Source: Alphaproteobacteria bacterium
Lineage (GTDB): Bacteria > Pseudomonadota > Alphaproteobacteria > Bin95
Assembly: GCA_965205265.1 (NCBI GenBank)
Contig: CBDBGH010000003.1
Location: 3,200,001-3,264,000, forward strand
Length of the DNA stretch: 64,000 bases
Direction: 5' to 3'
This document shows, piece after piece, positions 10,383 through 21,596 of the stretch. The translations under genes and the position numbers were made by a program. Each line of letters opens with the position of its first letter. Position 1 is the stretch's first letter. The notes below the pieces were generated by a model. It did no database searches. It was not told the DNA's origin and worked only from the letters and a program-made list of their open reading frames with translations.

Positions 10383-11676
10383 GCCGGCGCGCGGACGCTG
10401 GCCAACGGGCGGTCCGGTCCAGTTCGGACTGCTGGCGCTCGGCGTCGGGTTTGCCGGCGCGCTGGCCTGGGCCGCGACGGCGGAGATCCACGGCGCGGTG
10501 ATCGCGCCGGGCAGCGTGGAACTGGAGTCGCGGCGCCAGGCGATCCAGCATCCCGACGGCGGCGTCGTGGCGGCGCTGCCGGTGCGCGACGGGGCGCGGG
10601 TCGAGGCCGGCGCGGCGATCCTGGAGCTGGACGCCACCGAGCTTTCCGCCGAGAGGGCGCTGCTGGCGCGGCAGTTGCAGGAGGCGCGGGCGCGCATCGA
10701 CCGTCTGGCCGCCGAGGCCCGGTCCGGGGACAGTGTCGCGTTCCGCGATGCCGGCGCGGCGGCGGCCGACCCGGTGCTGGCGGCGCTGCTGGCGGCCGAA
10801 CGGGTTTTGTTCGAGACCGGGCGCGAGTTGCTGATGCAGACGGTGGCGCAGATCGGGGAGCGCAAGACGCAGACCGCGGCCTTCATCGAGGGGCTGCGGC
10901 TGCAGGGGAAGGCGATCGGCGACCAGCTGGCCCTGATCGGGGCGGAGGCCCGCGACAAGAAGGAACTGCTGGAGAAGGACCTGATCCCGAAGCCGCAGGT
11001 CGCGCGGCTGCTGCGGGAGGAGGCGCGGCTCACGGGCGAGCTCGGCCGGCTGGAGGCGGAGGCCGCGCGGGGCCGGAGCACGCTGGCGTCCTACGAGATC
11101 GAGCGGCTGCGCCTGCTGGCGGAACGGCGCGAGACGGCGCAGGCCGAAATGCGCACGCTGCAGCCGCGCGAGGCGGAACTCGCCGAGCGCCTGCGGGTGG
11201 TGGAGACCCGTCTCGCGCGGCGCGTGCTGCGCGCGCCGATGGCCGGCGTGGTCCACGGGCTGCAGGTGTTCACCGTCGGCGGGGTGATCCCGGCCGGCGC
11301 CGAGGTGGCGACCATCGTGCCCGAGGGCGTGCCGCTGGCGCCCCGGGTCCGGGTCGAGGCGGGCCAGATCGACGAGGTCCGGCCCGGCCAGGAGGTGACG
11401 GTCATGTTCCCCGCCTTCAACCTGCGCAGCGCGCCGGAGTTCACCGGCCGGGTGCGCACCGTCTCGGCCGATGCGCTGGTCGACGAAGCCACCGGCGCGC
11501 GCTACTACACCGCCGAGATCGCTTTGAGCGCGGAGTCCGAGACGCAGGCCCTGGCGCGCGGCATCGTCCCCGGCATGCCGGTCGAGGCCTTCATCCAGAC
11601 CCGCGCCCGCACCCCAATCGCCTTCCTGCTCGACCCCTTCACCGACTACATCCGCCACGCCTTCCGAGAGGAGTGA
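10375..11676 (+). CDS. prtE: Type I secretion membrane fusion protein (HlyD/PrtE family)
   Basis: GAVIAPG..IQHPDGGVV, LRAPMAGVV, PGMPVEAFIQT...AFREE C-terminus; overlaps the prtD stop. Confidence 0.92.
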   Translation: MAEPARGRWPTGGPVQFGLLALGVGFAGALAWAATAEIHGAVIAPGSVELESRRQAIQHPDGGVVAALPVRDGARVEAGAAILELDATELSAERALLARQLQEARARIDRLAAEARSGDSVAFRDAGAAAADPVLAALLAAERVLFETGRELLMQTVAQIGERKTQTAAFIEGLRLQGKAIGDQLALIGAEARDKKELLEKDLIPKPQVARLLREEARLTGELGRLEAEAARGRSTLASYEIERLRLLAERRETAQAEMRTLQPREAELAERLRVVETRLARRVLRAPMAGVVHGLQVFTVGGVIPAGAEVATIVPEGVPLAPRVRVEAGQIDEVRPGQEVTVMFPAFNLRSAPEFTGRVRTVSADALVDEATGARYYTAEIALSAESETQALARGIVPGMPVEAFIQTRARTPIAFLLDPFTDYIRHAFREE

Positions 11677-11925
11677 CGCCATCGGTCGGGTCCAGTCAGA
11701 GCGGAGAGACCGGAATAGGCCCGGACGGTCTTCTGCAAGGCGGTGCGGCGCGACAATCAGCTTGAGACGCTGGCGACAATCAGGATGAGACGGGGGAAGG
11801 CGGCGGCCCGGAACGGAGGGAGGGCGTAGCCCGACCGGAGTTCCGGGCCGCCGCCTCAAAAAATTTTTCCTGGACCTTCTGGCGGGGTCGGTCGGCTGGG
11901 CGAACGGTGACGTTTTTCCGAGTAG

Positions 11926-14273
<2,348 letters not shown>

Positions 14274-14619
14274 ACCGCTGCCGCCAGATCGGCCCAGCGG
14301 CCACAACACTCACGGCCCGCGGGAATCGCCTCCGCGGGCCGTCTCTTCTCCGACCCGACGGCCCCCCCGCGACAATCAAAACGCTCTCCGAAAACCCTGT
14401 TTGTCGCGCCGCGACAATCAAAATCCGAAACCGCTTGCAATCCGCGCCCCGCGCGACAATCATCAACTCGCCGATGCCGCCGGGGAATCTCATCCTGATT
14501 GACGCGCGGCTCTCACCCAGATTGTCGCGCTATAAGGCGGCCCGAACGCGCCGGATCGAAATGCGGTGCATGCCGGGTGCCGGGCTCAGATATCGACAAC
14601 AAGCAAGTGTCGGTCTCGG

Positions 14620-14915
14620 TGGTAGCGTGCCCTGGGTCCGGATCCCGAACCTCGGCTCGCACATCCTCGCCATCGTGCGCCGACGCCTGCCAGAGGACTG
14701 GACCGCGCGCTACAACATCACCCCCGTGCTCATCGAGACCTTCGTCGAGACCCCGCGCTACACCGGCACCGTCCACAAGGCGTCGGGCTGGACCCGCGTC
14801 GGCGCCACCCAGGGGGCGCGGGCGATACGACCGGCATACCAAACGAGCCCAGCCGAAAAAGGACATCTGGCTCCGATCCCTCCGAAAAGATTGGCGGCGC
14901 ACCCTCAATCGGTCG
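14620..14915 (+). pseudogene. DUF4338 (DruA-like) domain remnant, frameshifted
   Basis: PWVRIPNLGSHIL..PVLIETFV..YTGT..GWTRVG.TQG in one frame continues as RGRYDR..KDIWL in another; no start codon. Confidence 0.7.
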
Positions 14916-15175
14916 AAACGAGTCCGGGCGCGGTCGGACGGGTGTGCACATGCCAAGGGGCGGATAACTGTCTTCTCATCCCCCAGGATACGAAGGGTTA
15001 CCCGCTGTTTCTGCCGACAGCGCCGCGCCGGACTGCGCAGACATTCAATCCAATCCGCTTCCGGATCGCTTACGGATAAGGCAGTGAAAATAAAATTATG
15101 TTTCAATACAACAGGTTACATCGGTAGGATTCAACAAAATACGTTTGTGTCGAGCACGAACATCCGGTGTGCGGC

Positions 15176-15421
15176 CTACGCGAAGTCTGGAGGCTCGCGC
15201 ATGGGGCCGCGCGGCGGCAGTTCGAGTTCGACCCCGCCAAGGGGCGCAAAGCACTCGCGGGTGAACGCCGCCAGGTTCCGGGGGCCGGCCTCTCTCCGGT
15301 TCACAGCGTCGCGCAGGATGGTCCGCGCCTCCTCTTCCATGGAACGGCCACGCCCGGCGGCGCGCACGCGAAGGCGCGTCTTCACATCGTCATCGAGGTT
15401 GCGGATCGTGATGCTCGCCAT
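15176..15421 (-). CDS. FitA/StbC-like ribbon-helix-helix antitoxin
   Basis: MASITIRNLDDDVKTRLRVRAA.GRSMEEEAR is the typical FitA-like RHH N-terminus. Confidence 0.85.
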   Translation of the reverse strand: MASITIRNLDDDVKTRLRVRAAGRGRSMEEEARTILRDAVNRREAGPRNLAAFTRECFAPLGGVELELPPRGPMREPPDFA

Positions 15422-15502
15422 GCCCGTCCCGGACCGTCTTCATGGAAGCGCCAGACTGCCGCACAATTGCGATGCCGGCAAGATTACCCCGCCCGGCCGC
15501 CG

Positions 15503-15907
15503 TCAACCGGGGGCGGCGGCCTTCCGGGCGGGCTTGCGGCGCCTGCGCCAGAGGCCGTAGCGCTTCAGGAAGCGGTACAGCGAGGTTGTGGTGACGACCG
15601 GGCCCTCGGCGGCGAGCGCCCGTTGCAGCGCGCCGACGGTGAGGTCCGGCCGTTGCTCCACAAGGCGGAAAATCCGCTCCCGCTCCGGCTCGGTGCTCGA
15701 CGGGCGGCCGCTCTTCGGGTCGTCGCGCATGTGGCCGCGCTCCAGGTAGCGCGCGATCCACCGCCGGACGCTCCTTTCGCTCACCTCGAACTGCCGGGCG
15801 GCGGCATTGCCGCTCATCCCCCTCTCCAGCACCGCAGCGACTACCCGGCGCCTGAGCTCCTCGCCGACGGGCCGGCCCCGTTTCCGCTCTGTCAATTCAT
15901 TCGTCAT
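15503..15907 (-). CDS. IS630 OrfA-like HTH protein (no DDE part seen)
   Basis: ELRRRVVAAV..AAARQFEVSERSVRRW..RPDLTV..LYRFLKR resembles the IS630 N-terminal half. Confidence 0.6.
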   Translation of the reverse strand: MTNELTERKRGRPVGEELRRRVVAAVLERGMSGNAAARQFEVSERSVRRWIARYLERGHMRDDPKSGRPSSTEPERERIFRLVEQRPDLTVGALQRALAAEGPVVTTTSLYRFLKRYGLWRRRRKPARKAAAPG

Positions 15908-16229
15908 CCGCGCCCCCCGGCCGTCCCGGCCTTGCGTCCTGTTTTGCGTCTTCTCTAACGGAGGATTGCGTGCCGGCGCGCGCAGCTCCCCCGTCTGCCG
16001 CCCCCGGCGCTTTCAGCTCCCCACATCCCGTCGCATGGCCGCAATGCGGCGCGGTTCGTCAGGTCATTGTTCGCTCTTCATACCTGTATGGGCAGGGATT
16101 TAGGGCTTATTTTCCCGAATTGCAACCCATGGGGAGAAAAATATCCACAGGCGCGGAACGAAACCGCAGGACAGCGCCGCGCCGCCGACGCGCAACGACC
16201 GCCCCTCTCCGCCATTGCCCGAACTCTCC

Positions 16230-16600
16230 GTCATGCCCGCCCCCCATATCGTCATGCCCGGACTTGTTCCGGGCATGACGGAAGAGCCTGTCGAAGGGGC
16301 GTTCAAGCATGATGGAAAGGGAGCGGACGGAGGGGCCGTGGGCACCGTTCGGCTTCGCCCGATGGCCAGGTTGCACGGGCCTTTGCCCCCTTCTCGTCGT
16401 CCCCGCGTCCCCGCCTGTCCCCGCGAAAGCGGAGGTCACCCCGGACTCGATCCGGGGTCCAGCCTCGGTTCTCGCGGCAGCCCCGGATCGCGGTCCGGGG
16501 CAGGCCCCGGCGGTCGATCCTGTTCTTCACCGGCTGCGGCGGCATCGGGAGTCATGGATGGACCCCGGCTTCCCCGCTCGGGGGCGGGGACAGGCGGTTG
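16230..16600. repeat. Cluster of REP-like palindromes
   Basis: GTCATGCCCGGACTTGTTCCGGGCATGAC (16251-16279) plus GAGCCTGTCGAAGGG, CCCGCGAAAGCGG and CCGGACTCGATCCGG hairpins; motifs are shared with 18.5-19.2 kb and 41.5 kb. Confidence 0.75.
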
Positions 16601-16640
16601 GGGTAATGCAACGCCGCGCCCGCCGCGCCGGGTCTTCCCT

Positions 16641-17096
16641 CTACACCGTGCCCGTCGAGCCGAAGCCGCCTTCGCCGCGCTCGGTCGCGTCCAGTTCCGC
16701 GCATTCGCGCCAGGCGACGCGGGGAACGGGGTGGAGGACGAGCTGGGCGATCTTCATGCCGCGTTCTATGCGGATGGGCTCCGAGCCGGCGTTCAGCACG
16801 ATGATCTGGAGTTCGCCGCGATAGTCGGAATCGATGGTGCCGGGGCTGTTGGGCAGCATCAGCCCGCGGCGCAGCGCCAGGCCGGAGCGGGGCCGTATCT
16901 GCGCCTCCCAGCCCTCCGGCACGGCGAGGCGGAGCCCCGTCGGCACCAGCGCGCGCGCGCCGGGGGCAAGCTCCAGCGGCTCGTCCTCCGCCACCGCCGC
17001 CGCGATGTCGAGGCCGGCGCTGCCGGGCGTGGCGTATGCCGGCAGGCCCGGCGCATGGGGCAGGCGCTGGATGCGGACCTCGACCGGCTCCGTCAT
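16641..17096 (-). CDS. dut: dUTP diphosphatase
   Basis: SAGLD, QIRPRSGLA, GTIDSDYRGE and RGEGGFGSTG motifs. Confidence 0.97.
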   Translation of the reverse strand: MTEPVEVRIQRLPHAPGLPAYATPGSAGLDIAAAVAEDEPLELAPGARALVPTGLRLAVPEGWEAQIRPRSGLALRRGLMLPNSPGTIDSDYRGELQIIVLNAGSEPIRIERGMKIAQLVLHPVPRVAWRECAELDATERGEGGFGSTGTV

Positions 17097-18352
17097 GCGC
17101 CGGCGGCGCCAACGCCGCCAATCGTAACGTCCGCCGCGTCCGGCGCGGCGGCGAACCGGTCGGCAATGCGGAGCGCCAGGCGTTCGGCCACTTCGGTCTT
17201 GCTCGCCGGCGGCCAGTCCTCCACGCGATCCTCCTCGTCGATGAGGTGGATCGTGTTGCGCTCGCCGCCGAAAACGCCCGTGCCCGGCGACACGTCATTA
17301 GCGAGGATCCAGTCGCAGCCCTTGCGCCGGCGCTTGGCGCGGGCGTGCGCGACCGCATTCCCGGTCTCGGCGGCGAAGCCGACCACGAGCGGCGGGCGGC
17401 GGTTCTCCAGACGGGCGAGCCGGTGGAGGATGTCCGGATTCTCGGCGAGCGCCAGCGCGGGCAGGCCGCCGTTTTCCTTCTTGAGCTTCTCGCCGGCGGC
17501 CTCGCGCACCCGCCAGTCGGCGACCGCCGCCGCGCAGACCGCGATGTCCGCCGGCAGCGCCGCCATGCAGGCGTCCAGCATCTCCCGCGCCGTCTCGATC
17601 CGGCGGATTTGCACATGCGCGGGGTCGGGCTCGTGCGTCGGGCCGGTGACGAGCACCACTTCCGCGCCGTGGCGGGCGAGCGCGCCGGCGATCGCATGGC
17701 CCTGCTTGCCGGAGGAGCGGTTGGCGATGTAGCGCACCGGGTCTATCGGCTCCCAGGTGGGGCCGCTGGTGACCACCGCGCGCCTGCCCGCGAGCACGCC
17801 CGAGGCGCGGCCGGCCAGCGCGTTCTCTATGGCGGCGACGATCTCCTCGGGCTCCGCCATGCGTCCCGCGCCCGTCTCGCCGCAGGCGAGGTCGCCCGCC
17901 CCCGGCCCGACCCGCAGCACGCCGCGCCGCTCCAGCAGCGCCATGTTCGCCTGCGTCGCGGCATGGCTCCACATCTCGACATTCATCGCGGGCGCGACCA
18001 GCACCGGCTTGTCGGTGGCGAGCAGGGCGGTCGAGGCGAGGTCGTCGGCGAGCCCGGCCGCCATCTTCGCCATGAGGTCGGCGGTGGCCGGGGCGACCGC
18101 GACAAGGTCCGCCTCGCGCGAGAGCCGGATATGGCCCATCTCGCTCTCGTCGGTGAGCGAGAACAGGTCCCGGTACACCTTGTCCTCGGTGAGCGCGGCG
18201 AGCGAAAGGGGGGTGACGAACTCGGCCCCGCCGGCGGTCAGCACCGCGCGCACCGCCGCGCCCCGCTCGCGCAGCCGGCGCACGAGGATCAGGCTCTTGT
18301 AAGCGGCGACGCCGCCCGAGACGATCAGCAGAATGCGTTTGCCGTCCAGCAT
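17093..18352 (-). CDS. coaBC: Phosphopantothenoylcysteine decarboxylase/ligase
   Basis: GGVAAYK, PAMN, DPVRYIANRSSGKQG, VGFAAET; next to dut. Confidence 0.97.
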   Translation of the reverse strand: MLDGKRILLIVSGGVAAYKSLILVRRLRERGAAVRAVLTAGGAEFVTPLSLAALTEDKVYRDLFSLTDESEMGHIRLSREADLVAVAPATADLMAKMAAGLADDLASTALLATDKPVLVAPAMNVEMWSHAATQANMALLERRGVLRVGPGAGDLACGETGAGRMAEPEEIVAAIENALAGRASGVLAGRRAVVTSGPTWEPIDPVRYIANRSSGKQGHAIAGALARHGAEVVLVTGPTHEPDPAHVQIRRIETAREMLDACMAALPADIAVCAAAVADWRVREAAGEKLKKENGGLPALALAENPDILHRLARLENRRPPLVVGFAAETGNAVAHARAKRRRKGCDWILANDVSPGTGVFGGERNTIHLIDEEDRVEDWPPASKTEVAERLALRIADRFAAAPDAADVTIGGVGAAGA

Positions 18353-18486
18353 GGAACCCGGTTTTAGTCCTCTTGGGCGCGGGGGGGAAGCATTCGCGTC
18401 CCGGCCTGCATTCCGGTCGAAGCCGGAATTCGTCGCCCCGGACACCGCCCGGCCTCCATGTCGTCATGCCCGGACGCCCCCCGCCC

Positions 18487-19220
18487 GTCATGGCCGGACT
18501 TGTTCCGGGCATCCATTTCCGCCACCGCAACAGTCCCGAACGAGATGCCCGGAACAAGTCCACTGCTGTCCCGTTCAGCCATTGGGCGAGGCTGAACGGG
18601 AGTCCGCCGGGGGTTTCGGGGGTGCGCGGCGTCTGCGATCCGCCCCTTGCCCGTGAGGCCCGAACGCCCCCCTTCGACAGGCTCAGGGCAGGCTCTTTCG
18701 TCATACCCGGACTTGTTCCACGGCTGTCCGGTTTAGCCATCGGGGGGAGCCGAACGGGGTGTCGGGAGGCACCGCGTCTGCGATCCGCCCCTTGCCCGTG
18801 AGGCCCCAACGCCCTCCTTCGACAAGCTCAGGACAGGCTTCTCCGTCATACCCGGACTTGTTCCGGGTATCCACACGGCCGCCCGGCTGAGCCGCTTGAG
18901 AGAGATACCCGGAACAAGTCCGGGTATGACGATATGGGGCGGGTATGACGATATGGGGCGGGTATGACGATATGGGGCGGGTATGACGATGTGAGGGTCG
19001 GGCATGACGATATGGGGGCCGGGCATGACGACTTGGGGGCCGGGCCGCCGGGCGTCGATCCGGGTCCCGATCCCGCCGAACCCCTCGAAACCCGGTTGAA
19101 TCCAAGCCATGCGCCCTGCCCGCAAATCCTGAACCGGACAGCAATGGACTTGTTCCGGCCATCCATTTCCACCACCGCAACAGTCCCGAACGAGATGCCC
19201 GGAACAAGTCCGGCCATGAC
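18487..19220. repeat. Composite REP/REPIN locus with a nested inverted-repeat-bounded insert
   Basis: REP doublets, a 64-bp direct repeat (18497-18560, 19147-19210), two ~150-bp tandem units and a 19-bp tandem array (18921-19044). Confidence 0.85.
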
Positions 19221-19252
19221 GGTGTGAGGTCATTACGAGAGAGGACGCCGGG

Positions 19253-20761
19253 TCAGTCGAACAGGATCGCCGCCAGCAGGATCAGCAGGGCGAGGCCGCC
19301 GAGAAGGCCCTGGATCTGGACCGGAATGCCCCGCCGGCGCGTGCTCTCGCTCTCCGCGATGCGCTCCAGCGCCCGGTCGATCCGGTCCATGGTGACGAAG
19401 AAGCGGTCCATGCGCCCGCGCAGCTCGGACGCCGCATGCCGGGCGCGGGTGACCGGGTGGAGCCGGTCCAGCATCCAGTCCTCGATCAGCGGGCGCGCCA
19501 TCTCCCATATGTTCACATCCGGGTTGAGCCGCCGGCCCATGCCTTCCGCCATCAGCATGGTCTTCTGGAGCAGCAGCAATTGCGGTTGGGTCTCCATGCG
19601 GAACTGCGCCGTCACGCGGAACAACTGACGAAGCAGGCGGGCGACGGAAATCTCGTTCAGCGGCCGTTCGAGGATCGGCTCGCCGATGGACCGCGCCGCC
19701 TGGGCGAACAGCGCCTCAGACTGGTCGGCGGGGACGTAGCCGGCGCGGAAATGCACCGCCGCCACGCGGTCGTAGTCGCGCGAGAGGAAGCCCAGCAGCA
19801 TTTCCGCCAGATATTCCCGCGTCGGGCGGTCGAGCCGGCCCATAATGCCGAAATCCACCGGCACGATGGCGCCGTCGGGAGCCACGAAGATATTGCCCGC
19901 ATGCATGTCGGCGTGGAAGAAGCCGTCCCGGAACACCTGCTTGAAGAAGACCTCGGCCGCGGTCGCCATGATGGCGTCCGGGTCGTGCCCGGCGGCCCTG
20001 AGCGCGTCCACTTCGTCCACCGGCAGGCCCTCCACCCGCTCCAGGGTCAGCACCCGCCGCGAGGTGCGCCGCCAGTCCACCGACGGGACCCGGAAATGCT
20101 CCTCCTCGCTGAAATTCGCTGCGAGCTCGGTGGCGGCGGCGGCCTCCAGGCGCAGGTCCATCTCGATGCGAACGCTCTCCGCGAAGGTCTGCACGACATC
20201 GACCGGGTGCAGCCGCCTCGAAAACGGCGCCAGGCGCTCCAGCCAGCGCGCCACCCAGAGGAACAGGCGGAGGTCGTTCCCTATGGCCTGCTCTATGCCC
20301 GGCCGCAATATCTTGACCGCCACCGCGGCGCCCTCCGGCGTCCTCGCCAGATGGACCTGCGCGATGGAGGCGGCCGCCACGGCTTCGGTCTCGAACTCCG
20401 GAAACAGCTTTTCCAGCTTCTGCTCGAACTCCGCCTCGATGCGCTTGCGCATGGTCTCGAAGGGCAGGGCCGGCAGATGGTCCTGCAGGTCGGCGAGGTC
20501 GTCCGCCACGTCCTCGCCCAGGAGGTCGGCGCGGGTCGAAAGCGCCTGTCCGAACTTGACGAAGGTCGGCCCCAGGTCCCGCAGGGCGGCGGCAAGCCGC
20601 TCCCCCCGGCGGCGGCCCGGGCGCTTGCGGCTGACCAGGCGCGCCAGCATGGCCGGGGTCTCCAGCCCCTGGGCGAGCTCCAGCGGCCAGAGCGCATCGT
20701 GCCGGGCGAGCGTCCAGCCGATGCGTCCGAGACGCAGGACGTGGCGCGCGAAATCCAGCAC
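19253..20761 (-). CDS. ubiB: Ubiquinone biosynthesis kinase-like protein UbiB
   Basis: LGPTFVKFGQALSTR, AAASIAQVH, VAVKILRP, FFHADMHAGN, DFGIMG. Confidence 0.96.
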   Translation of the reverse strand: MLDFARHVLRLGRIGWTLARHDALWPLELAQGLETPAMLARLVSRKRPGRRRGERLAAALRDLGPTFVKFGQALSTRADLLGEDVADDLADLQDHLPALPFETMRKRIEAEFEQKLEKLFPEFETEAVAAASIAQVHLARTPEGAAVAVKILRPGIEQAIGNDLRLFLWVARWLERLAPFSRRLHPVDVVQTFAESVRIEMDLRLEAAAATELAANFSEEEHFRVPSVDWRRTSRRVLTLERVEGLPVDEVDALRAAGHDPDAIMATAAEVFFKQVFRDGFFHADMHAGNIFVAPDGAIVPVDFGIMGRLDRPTREYLAEMLLGFLSRDYDRVAAVHFRAGYVPADQSEALFAQAARSIGEPILERPLNEISVARLLRQLFRVTAQFRMETQPQLLLLQKTMLMAEGMGRRLNPDVNIWEMARPLIEDWMLDRLHPVTRARHAASELRGRMDRFFVTMDRIDRALERIAESESTRRRGIPVQIQGLLGGLALLILLAAILFD

Positions 20762-20762
20762 G

Positions 20763-21506
20763 TCAGAGGCGCCAGCCGCGATGCAGGGCGACAATCCCGC
20801 CCGAGAGGATGCTCCAGCGCACCCGGCCGAAGCCGGCCGCGCGCATGGACGCCGCCAGCGCTTCGCGGTCGGGGAAGCGCGCGATGCTCTCGGCGAGGTA
20901 GCGGTAGGCGTCCGCGTCGCCGGCCACCAGCGCGCCGAGCCTGGGCAGCACGCCGAAGGCGTAGCGCTCGTAGAGGGCCCGGAGCGCCGGCGCCTCGACA
21001 TGCGAGAACTCCAGGCAGAAGAAGCGCCCGCCCGGCTTCAGCACCCGGCGCATCTCGGCAAGCGCCCTTTCGCGGCCGGTGACGTTGCGCAGGCCGAAGG
21101 CGACGGTCACCGCGTCCTGGCTCATGTCGGCGAAGGGCAGGGCCTCGGCGTCGGCCACGGCCCAGCCGACATCGAGGCAGCCCCGGTCGAGCGCCCGGTC
21201 GCGCCCGGCCACGGCCATGTCCTCGTTGATATCGACGACGACGGCCTGCGCGCCCTCCGCGGCGGCGGCGGCGGCAATGTCCCCGGTGCCGCCGGCGACG
21301 TCCAGGAGCGCCATGCCGGGGCGCGGCCGCAGCGCGCGGACCAGCGCCGCCTTCCAGAGCCGGTGGACGCCGAGACTCATCAGGTCGTTCATCAGGTCGT
21401 AGCGGGGCGCCACGCTGTCGAACACCCCGCGCACAAGCCGGGCCTTGTCCCCCCTCGGCACGTCCCGAAAGCCGAAATCCACCGAATCGTCCGCTGGCCC
21501 GCTCAT
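20763..21506 (-). CDS. ubiE: Ubiquinone/menaquinone C-methyltransferase
   Basis: VFDSVAPRYDLMNDLMSLG, LDVAGGTGD, AFGLRNVT, YRYLAESI. Confidence 0.97.
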   Translation of the reverse strand: MSGPADDSVDFGFRDVPRGDKARLVRGVFDSVAPRYDLMNDLMSLGVHRLWKAALVRALRPRPGMALLDVAGGTGDIAAAAAAEGAQAVVVDINEDMAVAGRDRALDRGCLDVGWAVADAEALPFADMSQDAVTVAFGLRNVTGRERALAEMRRVLKPGGRFFCLEFSHVEAPALRALYERYAFGVLPRLGALVAGDADAYRYLAESIARFPDREALAASMRAAGFGRVRWSILSGGIVALHRGWRL

Positions 21507-21596
21507 GCCCGGAAAGATAATCCACCCCCGCCGCCGCCGATAGGCTGCGCTCCCCTGCCGTTCCTCCCGCAGCCGAAACGCATTAGCCTCGCCCTC

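Noticed and set aside
14620-14915. Druantia defence system
   Set aside because: Only a frameshifted DUF4338 fragment is present, without other dru genes; the domain is also common beside transposases.
16141-16149. ATATCCACA, DnaA-box-like
   Set aside because: Single imperfect box with no cluster and no dnaA nearby.
18921-19044. 19-bp array as a possible mini-CRISPR
   Set aside because: The units are head-to-tail with no unique spacers.
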